Shown: one piece after another, positions 28,671-37,771 of the stretch
Numbering within the stretch: position 1 is the stretch's first letter
Layout of the letters: every line of letters starts with the position of its first letter
Virus record (IMG/VR): IMGVR_UViG_3300044640_001495
Coordinates: 289,124 to 353,123 of that record
DNA length: 64,000 bases
Reading direction: 5' to 3' (one strand)
Notes under the pieces: generated by a model
Told to the model about the DNA's origin: nothing
The model's database searches: none
Seen by the model: the letters and a program-made list of their open reading frames with translations, nothing else
Made by a program: the position numbers and the translations under genes

Positions 28671-28950
28671 ATTGATGATCCTTGAAAGTTGAAGTTACTG
28701 CATGAACTGCTTGCTTGCTCTTGCCACCGATGTGCCAACGATACTGGCCCATTGGGGTTTCGTATTCTTTCCAATCGTATATTGTGGCCACTGTGCCATC
28801 TTCAAATTCCAAACACCACTCCACTGTGGTCTTGTCGCCGCCGCCTTCGGGCTGGCCAAACACTTCTACCAGTTCATGGTAGTAAGCGGTTACATATCCC
28901 TGCAGGCTAGTGCCGTTTGCCTCTGTCCAATCTGTTTGTGTAAACTTCAT
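28657..28950 (-). CDS. hypothetical early protein
   Basis: GTSLQGY...KTTVEW...ATIYDWK...WHIGG; GGAGCGAA RBS. Confidence 0.75.
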   Translation of the reverse strand: MKFTQTDWTEANGTSLQGYVTAYYHELVEVFGQPEGGGDKTTVEWCLEFEDGTVATIYDWKEYETPMGQYRWHIGGKSKQAVHAVTSTFKDHQYDTH

Positions 28951-29010
28951 CTTCGCTCCTTTGTGTGTATGTGTTTATTATAGCGCCAAACTGCCAAACT
29001 GTCAACCAAT

Positions 29011-29364
29011 TTAAACAATAGCCCTACGGTGATTAGGGACATAATCACTGTAGATCTTTACAGCATGATTCTTTCTAACCCAGTCTACCAAACTCTGCGG
29101 ATCGCCGATCATCCAATCTTCTACATCCTTAAACTCAATGTCGTCCAGGGTGGTGAACATGTAGATTTCATAGGTTCGTTGACTATTGGCCTGTGCCCTC
29201 AACTTCATCATTGAAATCTGTCGACCCAACGGATTCTCAGTCTTTCTACGGCCACTGAGGATCTCAATCAACTGACCCTTTTCAAAGTTCTCAGGATGAA
29301 AGTGGGTGATGTCCTGCAGGGTTTCAAAGCCGGTGGAGTCCCACGCTGCCAAAATGTATCTCAT
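29011..29364 (-). CDS. hypothetical protein
   Basis: 117 aa, coupled to the upstream ORF. Confidence 0.7.
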   Translation of the reverse strand: MRYILAAWDSTGFETLQDITHFHPENFEKGQLIEILSGRRKTENPLGRQISMMKLRAQANSQRTYEIYMFTTLDDIEFKDVEDWMIGDPQSLVDWVRKNHAVKIYSDYVPNHRRAIV

Positions 29365-29567
29365 ACCCCAGCCCTCATAACTTCCATCAAGCGGTTCTGC
29401 AAGCGATCCACTTCTGCGTTCTCTACATAGAAGTCGGTGGTTGGATCCCAGTACTGGCCTGCCTTTGGATCGTAATACAAGACCCGATCAACGAACCAAA
29501 ACGGTCCTTCCAGCCCCTTGCGTGGTTGCCACTTTTCGTCTCTCTTGCCCAGGGTGATGAATGCCAT
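29361..29567 (-). CDS. hypothetical early protein
   Basis: GLEGPF...YYDPKAGQYWDPTTDFY; own promoter and RBS. Confidence 0.75.
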   Translation of the reverse strand: MAFITLGKRDEKWQPRKGLEGPFWFVDRVLYYDPKAGQYWDPTTDFYVENAEVDRLQNRLMEVMRAGV

Positions 29568-29631
29568 TTCGCGCTCCTTTGTGTTTCAGTATATGTATAT
29601 TATACGATCAAAAGCCCAAACTGTCAACCAA

Positions 29632-29940
29632 TTACCAGGCAATCTCTTTAGAAGCGTAACGGATGTGACCTTCGTAGTTCAACTGGCTCTGCTCGAACTC
29701 TGTGAGAGCATCATCAGCCACGATAGACCAATCAATAATGGTCTCGCGGAAGGCATCATTGTCCTGCTCAATCTGACCACGCACACCCATCACAGTCTCC
29801 GTGACCTTGTTGATGTTGATGTTCTTGACCACGTAGTCTGAACCGCCCTTGGCTTTCCAGTACTGTGGGCACTCACCAACTCCGTCCCAATCGTGGGCAC
29901 CGTAGTTCTCGTAGACCTGTGTAGTGATTAAAAGTTTCAA
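29632..29940 (-). CDS. hypothetical early protein
   Basis: TQVYENYGAHDWDG.GECPQYWKAKGG; TTG start after GGAGCGAA. Confidence 0.75.
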   Translation of the reverse strand: MKLLITTQVYENYGAHDWDGVGECPQYWKAKGGSDYVVKNININKVTETVMGVRGQIEQDNDAFRETIIDWSIVADDALTEFEQSQLNYEGHIRYASKEIAW

Positions 29941-29997
29941 GTTTCGCTCCTTGTTTGCTAGTGTATGTGTATATTATAGCAGGGATTGCTCAAAGTG

Positions 29998-30234
29998 TCA
30001 ACCAATTTCAGTGTTGCAGAATTGCCACATCTTTAATTGCTCTCCACGCAGGCCCATTAGGACGCCTTCGTAGTCCCTGTATGAACAGAAGGCCCACTTT
30101 CGGTCTGGGCGATACACATAGAAATCATAGTCCCGCTCAGTGTTGTGCTGAGTGCAGATCCGTTTGGCTGTCGAAGCCAATTTGTAATACTTCTGCATAT
30201 GACCCGACTTCTCTTCGTATACTATCCAACCCAT
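29998..30234 (-). CDS. hypothetical protein
   Basis: 78 aa, TAATG-coupled. Confidence 0.65.
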   Translation of the reverse strand: MGWIVYEEKSGHMQKYYKLASTAKRICTQHNTERDYDFYVYRPDRKWAFCSYRDYEGVLMGLRGEQLKMWQFCNTEIG

Positions 30235-30500
30235 TAACCGTAGTCCTTTTTGCCGCCGTGAGTTTCATTCCAATCGTAGCCTGCGAGGTACTCCGCAATG
30301 CTGTCTGCATCTGTGACCTCAACCCGTGGCCCCGAGTCGCCACCAACTCCACCGTGGTGAGGGTCTATCTGTCGACCGTAGTATGAATCTGATGACCCAC
30401 GATCATAGAGACTACCGTGGCGCTCACGAACAAATTGGGGTCCACGCAGAGCACGGATCAACTGTTTCTGTTCGTCTTCTGGCAGGATGTGTAGGTACAT
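30234..30500 (-). CDS. hypothetical protein
   Basis: HGSLYDRGSSDSYYGR...EYLAGY motif. Confidence 0.7.
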   Translation of the reverse strand: MYLHILPEDEQKQLIRALRGPQFVRERHGSLYDRGSSDSYYGRQIDPHHGGVGGDSGPRVEVTDADSIAEYLAGYDWNETHGGKKDYG

Positions 30501-30501
30501 G

Positions 30502-30681
30502 TCAACTGTTCATGGATACGAAGGGACTGTAGTCTTCAGGAGCGTCTTGTACGCCCATGTCTTGTATGTAGCCAAGCACCTGCTCGACAGGGCAATCCAA
30601 CAGGTCTGCAATCATCTTGGCACTGTGGCCTTCGATATACAGTTGCTCAACATCATATGCTAGGTCTGCCATCTTGCTCAT
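30502..30681 (-). CDS. small HTH-like protein (59 aa)
   Basis: Manual: MSKMADLAYDVEQLYIEGHSAKMIADLLDCPVEQVLGYIQDMG... Confidence 0.6.
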   Translation of the reverse strand: MSKMADLAYDVEQLYIEGHSAKMIADLLDCPVEQVLGYIQDMGVQDAPEDYSPFVSMNS

Positions 30682-30800
30682 TTGACATCCCTCACAACTT
30701 CTTGCACCTTGTTCACGCCCTTGTCGGCGATCTGTGCAATGCCTGTGAAGCCAACAGTGGCAACAATAATACCAGCGATAAATGCTGCTAAGTGACTCAT
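30678..30800 (-). CDS. small membrane peptide (40 aa)
   Basis: Manual: MSHLAAFIAGIIVATVGFTGIAQIADKGVNKVQEVVRDVK; promoter at 30836. Confidence 0.6.
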   Translation of the reverse strand: MSHLAAFIAGIIVATVGFTGIAQIADKGVNKVQEVVRDVK

Positions 30801-30941
30801 CATATCTATCAACCTTTCTGTGTGTGTAAGTCTATATTATACAATCAATCTACCAAACCGTCAACCCCTAGATTACATGCACACGTAAGCAGCGGGGCCT
30901 ACTAGCAGTGTGGCTTTTTTGCCACACTGCCGGCACTCCAA

Positions 30942-32156
30942 TTAGGCAGTCTCTTTCTCGTAGATAACAGTCTGACCAAAGGGTGCTTCTGCTTCTGTAT
31001 TGCCTTTGACAATAAAGATTGTGTCGCAGTAGTCCTCGTCACCCCAACTACCGCAGGGGTAGCCGTCTGTGAACATAATGAACTTCTTAGGACGAATACC
31101 ATTCTCTTCCATAAACTCCCAGTTCACAGCAAAGTCAGTACCGCCACCGCCCTGTGGCTCATACTCAAATAGCTCTTCACTATTGTCCTGCGAGAACTCT
31201 TTGTGGTTATAGATCTCTGTGTCAAAGCACCACAGGTTAATCTTAAAGTCCTCATACTGATCAACAATGCCCTTGACCTCTGACAGGAATACAGTTGCAT
31301 CCTCTTGTCCAATGCTACCTGACATATCAATTGAAATACCAATGTCAATTGTAGTTGCTTCTTTCATGCCCGGCAGTATGGCACCTGAGTGCATACTCTT
31401 ACGGTTAGGACGAGTAAAGGAATAGTCGTTGCGGATAATGCTCTGTATCTCTTGACGCACAAGATCACGCCAGCTAATCTTAGGCTCAGTCATGTCCTTG
31501 ATCAAACGCTGGATGCCTGCGGGCACTTTGCCTGCACCTGCTGCCGCGGCACTCTGCACCATGGCTTCTTTGATCTCATCGCGGATCTTCTGTGCTTCTT
31601 CTTTAGTCATGCCAGGCATACCCTTGCCCTGCTTGTCTCCATCACCCTCTTTGCCCGGTGCATTGCCGTCTTCGTTAATGTGCTCGTCCAACAGGTCACC
31701 AAGTTGCTGAAGCAGTTGTGGCATAGAGATCTTCTCTGCCTTCTCGTATAGCTCGTCGTAGATCTCTTCCCAGGCTTTGCCGCGATACTTGGCATCGTAG
31801 CAGATCTTGACTTCAGTGATCTTCTCACCAATGCGTTCGTCTACAAGGATCTGATTGACAGCGTAGTCTTGTGCAATGTTAGACAGCTGGCGATCGCGTG
31901 AACCTACACGACCAAAGTGGTCAAACACACAATGGCAAATCTCGTGTCCGAATAGGAACTCTAGTTTCTTGACTGAGAGCTTCTCAACGAACTTAGTATT
32001 GTAATAGAAATTACGGCCATTAGTTGCCGCAGTAGGGCACCATTCGTCTGCTTGAATCAGTTGCATACGAGTTGCCATGTTGCCAAAGAATGGTGCCTTA
32101 AGCAACAGTCCCACACGGGCTGTGGTTAGTTTATCGATAATCGGATCAAATGCCAT
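30942..32156 (-). CDS. metallopeptidase-like plus VWA domain protein (DUF2201-type)
   Basis: TAATNG, HEICH, DYAVN; MIDAS DMSGS, GGGGTDF, FTDGY. Confidence 0.88.
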   Translation of the reverse strand: MAFDPIIDKLTTARVGLLLKAPFFGNMATRMQLIQADEWCPTAATNGRNFYYNTKFVEKLSVKKLEFLFGHEICHCVFDHFGRVGSRDRQLSNIAQDYAVNQILVDERIGEKITEVKICYDAKYRGKAWEEIYDELYEKAEKISMPQLLQQLGDLLDEHINEDGNAPGKEGDGDKQGKGMPGMTKEEAQKIRDEIKEAMVQSAAAAGAGKVPAGIQRLIKDMTEPKISWRDLVRQEIQSIIRNDYSFTRPNRKSMHSGAILPGMKEATTIDIGISIDMSGSIGQEDATVFLSEVKGIVDQYEDFKINLWCFDTEIYNHKEFSQDNSEELFEYEPQGGGGTDFAVNWEFMEENGIRPKKFIMFTDGYPCGSWGDEDYCDTIFIVKGNTEAEAPFGQTVIYEKETA

Positions 32157-32212
32157 TAGTCGCTCTCCTTAGTATGTGTATATTATAGCATCTATTTACA
32201 CACCTGTCAACC

Positions 32213-32261
32213 AAAAAAGTGGGCGGGCAAGCCCTGAGAAGCCTCCCGCCCTTGCAATGGG
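32213..32261 (-). terminator. Rho-independent terminator
   Basis: GGGCGGG...CCCGCCC stem followed by a T-run after the AAA gene. Confidence 0.65.
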
Positions 32262-32268
32262 CGAGGTC

Positions 32269-33354
32269 TTAATTCTCCATTGCACTCAAAACATACTTGC
32301 CAAAACGCTTGTGGAACTCGTCAAAGCTCTTCATCTTTGTAGCGTCAAAGGGCAAGTTGTAATTTGTCAAGCCCGTCTTAGCACCCATCACCACCAACTC
32401 TGTTGGGAAGTTATCCATCATGTAGCGGAAGAAGCAGTCTGCCATAGCATCCCAACCTTTAGACTTCTTCTCTGCTTGATCCTTAAGTTCATAGCACAGG
32501 CTCACAGTCAAAGAGTACATGGCTGACACTTCCTTAATCTGCAGGTCCTTGACCTTGCCTTCCAAGATGTCCAACGCCTTAGGCAAGCGACCTGCAATCT
32601 TACGGTGAGCCATAAACTTAATAGCCAGGCCATCACCTACGGCACCCGCAACCAAATTGTGCATGGTGTCAACGTCGCAGTCCTCGTCCTTGAGCAAGTC
32701 GCTCACAAACACCCACGAGCGTGGAGTTGCAAAGGCCTTGCTGGGCGACTTAGGATCGAAGTCGTATAAGTCCTGCTTGGCGAAACCCACATAACCCAAC
32801 ACCTCAGGGTGAACGTCATTCATAACAGCCCACTCTTGGAAGTCATCAAAATCTACCTTTGCTTCCAAGTGAATGAAACGGTTAGCCAGCGGAGCAGGCA
32901 TACGATATGTCACGCCACGATCGCCTTCTCTGTTACCAGCGGCAACCACGTCAACACCCTTAGGCAATTCGTAAGTACCAACACGACGGTTAAGGATCAA
33001 CTGATAGGCCGCGGCCTGTACCGCTGGAGGAGCACTGTTCAATTCATCTAAGAAGATGATCGCAGTTGACTCTGGGTTGGTAGGAAGCTCTGCAGGGGGA
33101 GCCCAAACCATTGTGCCCTTGTCTGCATTGTAATAGGGGATACCCTTAATGTCTGTAGGCTCCCACAGGGCCAGGCGAACGTCGATAACTTCGCGACCAG
33201 CGTCTTCGCCGATCTGCTTAACGATGTCACTCTTACCAATACCTGGAGGGCCCCAAAGGAACACAGGGCGGCGTTTCTTGATTGCAAAACGAATTGATTT
33301 CTTTGCGTTCTTGGGACCAACTTGTCGAACGCTAATGTCTGTTGACTTTGCCAT
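32269..33354 (-). CDS. MoxR-like AAA+ ATPase
   Basis: GPPGIGKS, FLDELN, AAGNR, PLANRF, TPRSW. Confidence 0.9.
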   Translation of the reverse strand: MAKSTDISVRQVGPKNAKKSIRFAIKKRRPVFLWGPPGIGKSDIVKQIGEDAGREVIDVRLALWEPTDIKGIPYYNADKGTMVWAPPAELPTNPESTAIIFLDELNSAPPAVQAAAYQLILNRRVGTYELPKGVDVVAAGNREGDRGVTYRMPAPLANRFIHLEAKVDFDDFQEWAVMNDVHPEVLGYVGFAKQDLYDFDPKSPSKAFATPRSWVFVSDLLKDEDCDVDTMHNLVAGAVGDGLAIKFMAHRKIAGRLPKALDILEGKVKDLQIKEVSAMYSLTVSLCYELKDQAEKKSKGWDAMADCFFRYMMDNFPTELVVMGAKTGLTNYNLPFDATKMKSFDEFHKRFGKYVLSAMEN

Positions 33355-33427
33355 AATAAGACCTCTTTCTTTCTCAGTTAAAGTTGCTTTCTCAGTGTTA
33401 ATAGTATAACACCGAACAGCTCAGTTG

Positions 33428-34063
33428 TCAAGCTCTTTTTACGAAGTTTAATTGTGTTGTATTATCGCTACGAACACTTTTAATCTTTGCTTTGATAGTT
33501 AACTTCTGCCCTGCTTCTAAGTTACTATTATACCAGAAATCCACGAAACTGTCAACCAGTTTAGCAGTAACCCTGAACTTGTCATAGTCTTTGCTGTAGT
33601 AGCACTTGACCACCTCGATCTCGCCCTGGATCTTGTCACCCACAGCGCCCTGCAATTGAGTAGAAGCACGGACTTCGCGAGCCAACTCGTTACGGATTTG
33701 ATCGCGCAGCATCACACCAGGCAAGCAGCTTACGATGGCAAACTCCAACATGTTACGGCCAGTGAACTCATCCATCTGTGCAATGCGGAGTGCCTGCTGT
33801 TCGAAGTCGTTGATCTTGCCCGAGATCTGTTTCAGCAAGAAGCCATTGAAGTAGTTGCGAACCGCACGACCCTTCTCAACGTCCTCTGCTGTGGCTTCGG
33901 TGAATGCACCCTCGCGGAGCCATTGCTTGACCATTAGCTTGTTGGCCTGGGTGACTCGCTTCTGGCAGTCGTTCTCCAGCACGTAGACATCTTCTTTGAA
34001 GTAGCCTCCGTTGATACGATCTGCTGCTACCGCCAATCCCCAAACTTGATCTGCTGTAAACAT
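33428..34063 (-). CDS. hypothetical early protein (C-terminal OB-fold-like)
   Basis: 211 aa; GGAGCGAA RBS and promoter. Confidence 0.75.
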   Translation of the reverse strand: MFTADQVWGLAVAADRINGGYFKEDVYVLENDCQKRVTQANKLMVKQWLREGAFTEATAEDVEKGRAVRNYFNGFLLKQISGKINDFEQQALRIAQMDEFTGRNMLEFAIVSCLPGVMLRDQIRNELAREVRASTQLQGAVGDKIQGEIEVVKCYYSKDYDKFRVTAKLVDSFVDFWYNSNLEAGQKLTIKAKIKSVRSDNTTQLNFVKRA

Positions 34064-34140
34064 TGTTCGCTCCGTTGTTTCAGTATATATCTATTATAGC
34101 ATCAGTCGCCCAAAGTGTCAACCAACTGGAGTGCCGGTCA

Positions 34141-34171
34141 AAGAAAAAAGGTGTTGTATTTCTACAACACC
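34141..34171 (-). terminator. Rho-independent terminator
   Basis: GGTGTTGTA-GAAA-TACAACACC followed by TTTTTTCTT. Confidence 0.8.
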
Positions 34172-34172
34172 C

Positions 34173-34212
34173 TCAAAAGACGCCCCGGGAGCGAATCGGC
34201 TTGTCTATTTGA
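34173..34212 (-). ncRNA. 3'-UTR hairpin displaying AUUCGCUCC (anti-RBS loop), copy 2
   Basis: UCAAA.AGAC...CCG [AUUCGCUCC] CGG...GUCU.UUUGA between stop codon and terminator; shares the 15-mer CCGATTCGCTCCCGG with copy 1. Confidence 0.6.
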
Positions 34213-34220
34213 AACCCTAA

Positions 34221-34493
34221 TTAAAGAGTGATGCCCATTGCTTGAGCTTTGTAGCCTAGAGCAACGATCTCACGTGATGGCTTGCCCATCACATATTCAG
34301 TTACCTGAACACCGTTGCCTGCTGTACGGCTGTTGGTATAAACAGCGTAGCCTGCTTGACGAATGCGGCTGGCTTCTGCTGCCAGGTTGCCAACACCTAG
34401 GTCATGCTTGGCCTGTGCTGGAGTAAGTGCTTTACCATTGTAAAGTGCTGTGAAGACTTTGAAAGTCTTGGTTTTTGGATTGAATCTCTTCAT
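34221..34493 (-). CDS. winged helix-turn-helix DNA-binding protein
   Basis: L.NGKALTPAQA...GVGNLAAEASRIRQAGYAVYT...TEY pattern; start MKRFN at 34493. Confidence 0.7.
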   Translation of the reverse strand: MKRFNPKTKTFKVFTALYNGKALTPAQAKHDLGVGNLAAEASRIRQAGYAVYTNSRTAGNGVQVTEYVMGKPSREIVALGYKAQAMGITL

Positions 34494-34583
34494 TTTAAGT
34501 TTCCTTTGTTGTGGCTGTTTCCTAACAGCGTCATACAAGTATACAGACATCCATGATCAAGAGCAATGGTCAATTTCGCCAAA

Positions 34584-34781
34584 TCACTTCTTCACAGACA
34601 CTTTGGTTTGGAAGAAAGCACTCATTATCAGAACAGCTAGCCAAGTCTGCCAAGTGTAAGGAATAGCTAATACAGGGAACAGGATGTTCATTGCCCAAAT
34701 TACCAGCCAAGGGCCCAACAGAACCAATGCTACAATCAACACAGCAAATCCTACCACCAACATGATTTTATTCATTTTCAT
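34584..34781 (-). CDS. small membrane protein
   Basis: 65-aa hydrophobic ORF. Confidence 0.7.
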   Translation of the reverse strand: MKMNKIMLVVGFAVLIVALVLLGPWLVIWAMNILFPVLAIPYTWQTWLAVLIMSAFFQTKVSVKK

Positions 34782-34998
34782 ACTCCGCTATCTCTTGTAG
34801 ACGTTTAACTTCGGCCAGCTCTTTCTCAATCTCTTTGTTCTTGCGTTTGTTTCCTACGCTAGACCCACGATTGTAGACTAGCCATACATGATCTTCGCAA
34901 TAGACCTTGCCAGGCCACAAGCTCTTGCATCCGCACATAGTGAACGGAGACTCCTTCTGCTCCGGACCTATGTACTGGCACCCTGCAATATCGCTCAC
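34768..34998 (-). CDS. Cys/His zinc-binding protein resembling the GcrA C-terminal domain
   Basis: CQYIG......FTMCG........YCEDH...VY. Confidence 0.5.
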   Translation of the reverse strand: MSDIAGCQYIGPEQKESPFTMCGCKSLWPGKVYCEDHVWLVYNRGSSVGNKRKNKEIEKELAEVKRLQEIAEYENE

Positions 34999-36050
34999 GC
35001 AACACCTCGCTTCATAACAGTGACCTCTGCCATTGCTTCCCAGTTGTCAGCAAACGCCTTGCGCAATTGTGCAACCTTCAACACCGTACGCAGGCTCAGC
35101 TCGCGTAGTTTAGCACGGTTGTTAGACACAAAGTCCACAACATCAATCTTGGCCACATCGCTCAGCTCGTATTCGTCCAGCATGCCGTCTGCAACGATCT
35201 GCTTGATACGCAGGACCTTCTCACGATCTGTATCCATCTGCAGATCAATGTAGTGGCAACGGCTCTCAAGAGCGGCAAGGTGATCCTGTAGCTTCTTAGA
35301 GCGTACATTCTCAAACTTGATGTTGGTGATAAAGATCGCACCAGCCTTGAACTCGAAGCGATCTGGGATGCCTTCGCTTCGCAGGATACGGCTGTCAGTG
35401 TTCCAGCTGATAGTACGCTTCTTAGAACTGTCCAAAGCCGCCTTAAGAATGTTCAGGCTCAAGTCGTCCAGCAACACTGAGTCGCAGTCATCAAACACAA
35501 TAACATTCTTCTCACTTGAGAACTCGTAGAGCTTAGAATACAAGCCAATGGCACTCATAGCACCTTTGACAATCTCGTAGCGTGGCTTGCGCTCGCCTAA
35601 GGTATTGAACAAGTCGTCCTTAGTCAACACTTCTTCAACACCAAACGATTTGCCTACACCTGGGGGACCTGTCACAATCATAGCACGTACATCGCCTGCT
35701 TTCACAGCCTTAGTCATGTCTGTAAGTACTTGGAAGCGAGCACGAGTCTTTTCGATCAGCTCGTCATCTGTGATATGTGCTACAGCCGAGTCAGCCACCT
35801 TGAGCTGTACCAAACTGTTCTCTCCTACAGGAGCCTCGTCAATGTGCGCGACCACGCGGTATGCATTAATGCCAGAGACCTTGACGCGGATCTTCTTGTA
35901 GGGGTTGCGACCACCTTCAATCTCATCGCCTGCAAGGCAAGTAATTGCCTCGCCGTCAAAGTCCTTGACCATTTGCAAGCGGATGCCTGGGGTGATCAAA
36001 TTCTTACGGGCACCGTAAGCACCTTCTGTAATCTCAACTAGTGTAGCCAT
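34995..36050 (-). CDS. AAA+ ATPase
   Basis: GPPGVGKS, VFDDCD, FITN, ALESR; start MATLVE at 36050 after GGAGCGAA. Confidence 0.85.
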   Translation of the reverse strand: MATLVEITEGAYGARKNLITPGIRLQMVKDFDGEAITCLAGDEIEGGRNPYKKIRVKVSGINAYRVVAHIDEAPVGENSLVQLKVADSAVAHITDDELIEKTRARFQVLTDMTKAVKAGDVRAMIVTGPPGVGKSFGVEEVLTKDDLFNTLGERKPRYEIVKGAMSAIGLYSKLYEFSSEKNVIVFDDCDSVLLDDLSLNILKAALDSSKKRTISWNTDSRILRSEGIPDRFEFKAGAIFITNIKFENVRSKKLQDHLAALESRCHYIDLQMDTDREKVLRIKQIVADGMLDEYELSDVAKIDVVDFVSNNRAKLRELSLRTVLKVAQLRKAFADNWEAMAEVTVMKRGVA

Positions 36051-36131
36051 TTTTCGCTCCTGTGTGTTAGTGTATGTGTCTATTATAGCGCACTCTAGGG
36101 GTTTCGTCAACCCCTAGTTGTGCTGTGGCAT

Positions 36132-36599
36132 TTAAGCCACACATGCTGCTTCTTCAACCAATGCCTGCATCAAGGGCTTGAAGTCTTCGCTGTGATCTGC
36201 TACAAACCAAACAGCTTGACCGTGTACTGAGCGCAGGATGTACTCGTATTCCTCATACTGGTGGTTCAACAGATAGTCCTCATAGCTAGCGAACTTCTTG
36301 GCACTCGTACCTGTCTCGCCACGATCACGTCCGTAGAACGTAGTCATGTCGCCGTAGAGTTTGTCGTAGGCCTCGCCGTCCATTGGAACTTCAAGTCGGC
36401 TAAAGGCATGCTTGGTACCTACTGTGGGCCTAAGTGAGCTGATGTCACCCAAGTCAATCAAGTCACGCAAGATGAAAGGGTTTGAATAGTGCTCTTGCAG
36501 CATCTGACCGTTGTGTGCCAAATAGCCGTCCCAGTGGCAGTATACCTGCTCAACTGTACCGTCTGCATATTCTAATGCAATTGTGCTTCGTGTTGCCAT
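36132..36599 (-). CDS. conserved phage hypothetical protein
   Basis: MATRSTI...VYCHWDGY motif; GGAGCGA RBS. Confidence 0.8.
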   Translation of the reverse strand: MATRSTIALEYADGTVEQVYCHWDGYLAHNGQMLQEHYSNPFILRDLIDLGDISSLRPTVGTKHAFSRLEVPMDGEAYDKLYGDMTTFYGRDRGETGTSAKKFASYEDYLLNHQYEEYEYILRSVHGQAVWFVADHSEDFKPLMQALVEEAACVA

Positions 36600-36657
36600 T
36601 GTATCGCTCCAATATTGTTAAGTTAAGTGTCTATTATAGCAGCTTTCGCTCAACCCG

Positions 36658-36888
36658 TCAACCTAGTGTGGCAATAACCCTACCCACTGTAGGGTCAAAC
36701 TTCAAGAACACCTTGGTGCTGTCCGTGCCGCCCTTTACAGGAAAGGTACACATGTAACAGAACTCGCCCCCATTTGTGATCCCTAGGAACTTGCGGCCCG
36801 TGAATTGGTAGTCCTCATTGTCTAGGGCCTTGGTCAATGCTGCCGCTGTAAACGTTGTCAGCGTAGTCAGTTGTTCAGCTGTGATCAT
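36658..36888 (-). CDS. hypothetical protein
   Basis: 76 aa; AGGAG RBS. Confidence 0.7.
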   Translation of the reverse strand: MITAEQLTTLTTFTAAALTKALDNEDYQFTGRKFLGITNGGEFCYMCTFPVKGGTDSTKVFLKFDPTVGRVIATLG

Positions 36889-37262
36889 GCTGCAACTCCT
36901 TCTGCATCAAGTTCCCAGCTGATGTCCTGGAACTTCTTGTATAAGCGGTAGACATCCCGTTTGGCTTCTACCAACGCTTCAGCAATGAGGTCTTCGGCAG
37001 TCCCGTCAGTAAGGACTTCGCGGGCGTCTTCGTATAAGCATCCGCCCAAGAACTGTGAACTGAGTTCGATGTTCTCAACCATAACTCGGACACGCAGCAT
37101 GAACCAGTCAAGATTCCCGTGTTCGATGTTGTGGTTGATCTCTGCGATATCAAACTGGGTGTCATCAAAACAGTCTTTGGGGTCCAGGTCTTCATATGAT
37201 TTATCCACAATAATATCAAAGCCGTTGCGCTCGTATACAGCCAATTCGTCGTAGTGTCTCAT
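36885..37262 (-). CDS. acidic hypothetical protein
   Basis: 125 aa; GGAG RBS. Confidence 0.7.
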   Translation of the reverse strand: MRHYDELAVYERNGFDIIVDKSYEDLDPKDCFDDTQFDIAEINHNIEHGNLDWFMLRVRVMVENIELSSQFLGGCLYEDAREVLTDGTAEDLIAEALVEAKRDVYRLYKKFQDISWELDAEGVAA

Positions 37263-37529
37263 TTAGATCTCCGTTTCGTATTCGTAGAATGTAACTGTAG
37301 GGTCGTACTTTTTCAGCTGACGAGCCGCTGTCATCAACTCTTTGTAGCGACGGTTGACCTCTGCTCTAGGCAGTTCACCATCGCATGTCAAGTTCTCTGG
37401 GCTTAAGGCCGCATCAATCATGTCTGCTACAGCCTGACGGTCTGCGGCACTGTTAAGACTGTACTGGGGACCCTTGAAGAATGAGTTCCAGTGGTTCTTG
37501 TCTTTCAAAAATTTCTCTAATGCTTTCAT
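37263..37529 (-). CDS. hypothetical protein
   Basis: LSPENLTCDGEL motif; AGGAG RBS. Confidence 0.75.
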   Translation of the reverse strand: MKALEKFLKDKNHWNSFFKGPQYSLNSAADRQAVADMIDAALSPENLTCDGELPRAEVNRRYKELMTAARQLKKYDPTVTFYEYETEI

Positions 37530-37539
37530 CTTGTGCTCC

Positions 37540-37713
37540 TTAAGCGGGTGTTAACAGTTTACGGAAGTCGTTCATTACAACTCGGAAGGCCTGCTGTTCA
37601 ACAGGCTCAAATTCATCCAGGTTGTCCTGCATGTACTGCAGAGTCTCTAACAGTCCTGAGCCATCAGCTTCTTTGCGTTGGCTAATGTATACCATAGCTT
37701 GTGTGAATGTCAT
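37540..37713 (-). CDS. small hypothetical early protein (57 aa)
   Basis: Manual: MTFTQAMVYISQRKEADGSGLLETLQYMQDNLDEFEPVEQQAFRVVMNDFRKLLTPA; GGAGCGAA RBS and promoter. Confidence 0.7.
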   Translation of the reverse strand: MTFTQAMVYISQRKEADGSGLLETLQYMQDNLDEFEPVEQQAFRVVMNDFRKLLTPA

Positions 37714-37771
37714 CTTTCGCTCCTTTGTGTGTGTATGTGTCTATTATAGCGCCATTAGCCCAATCAGTCAA

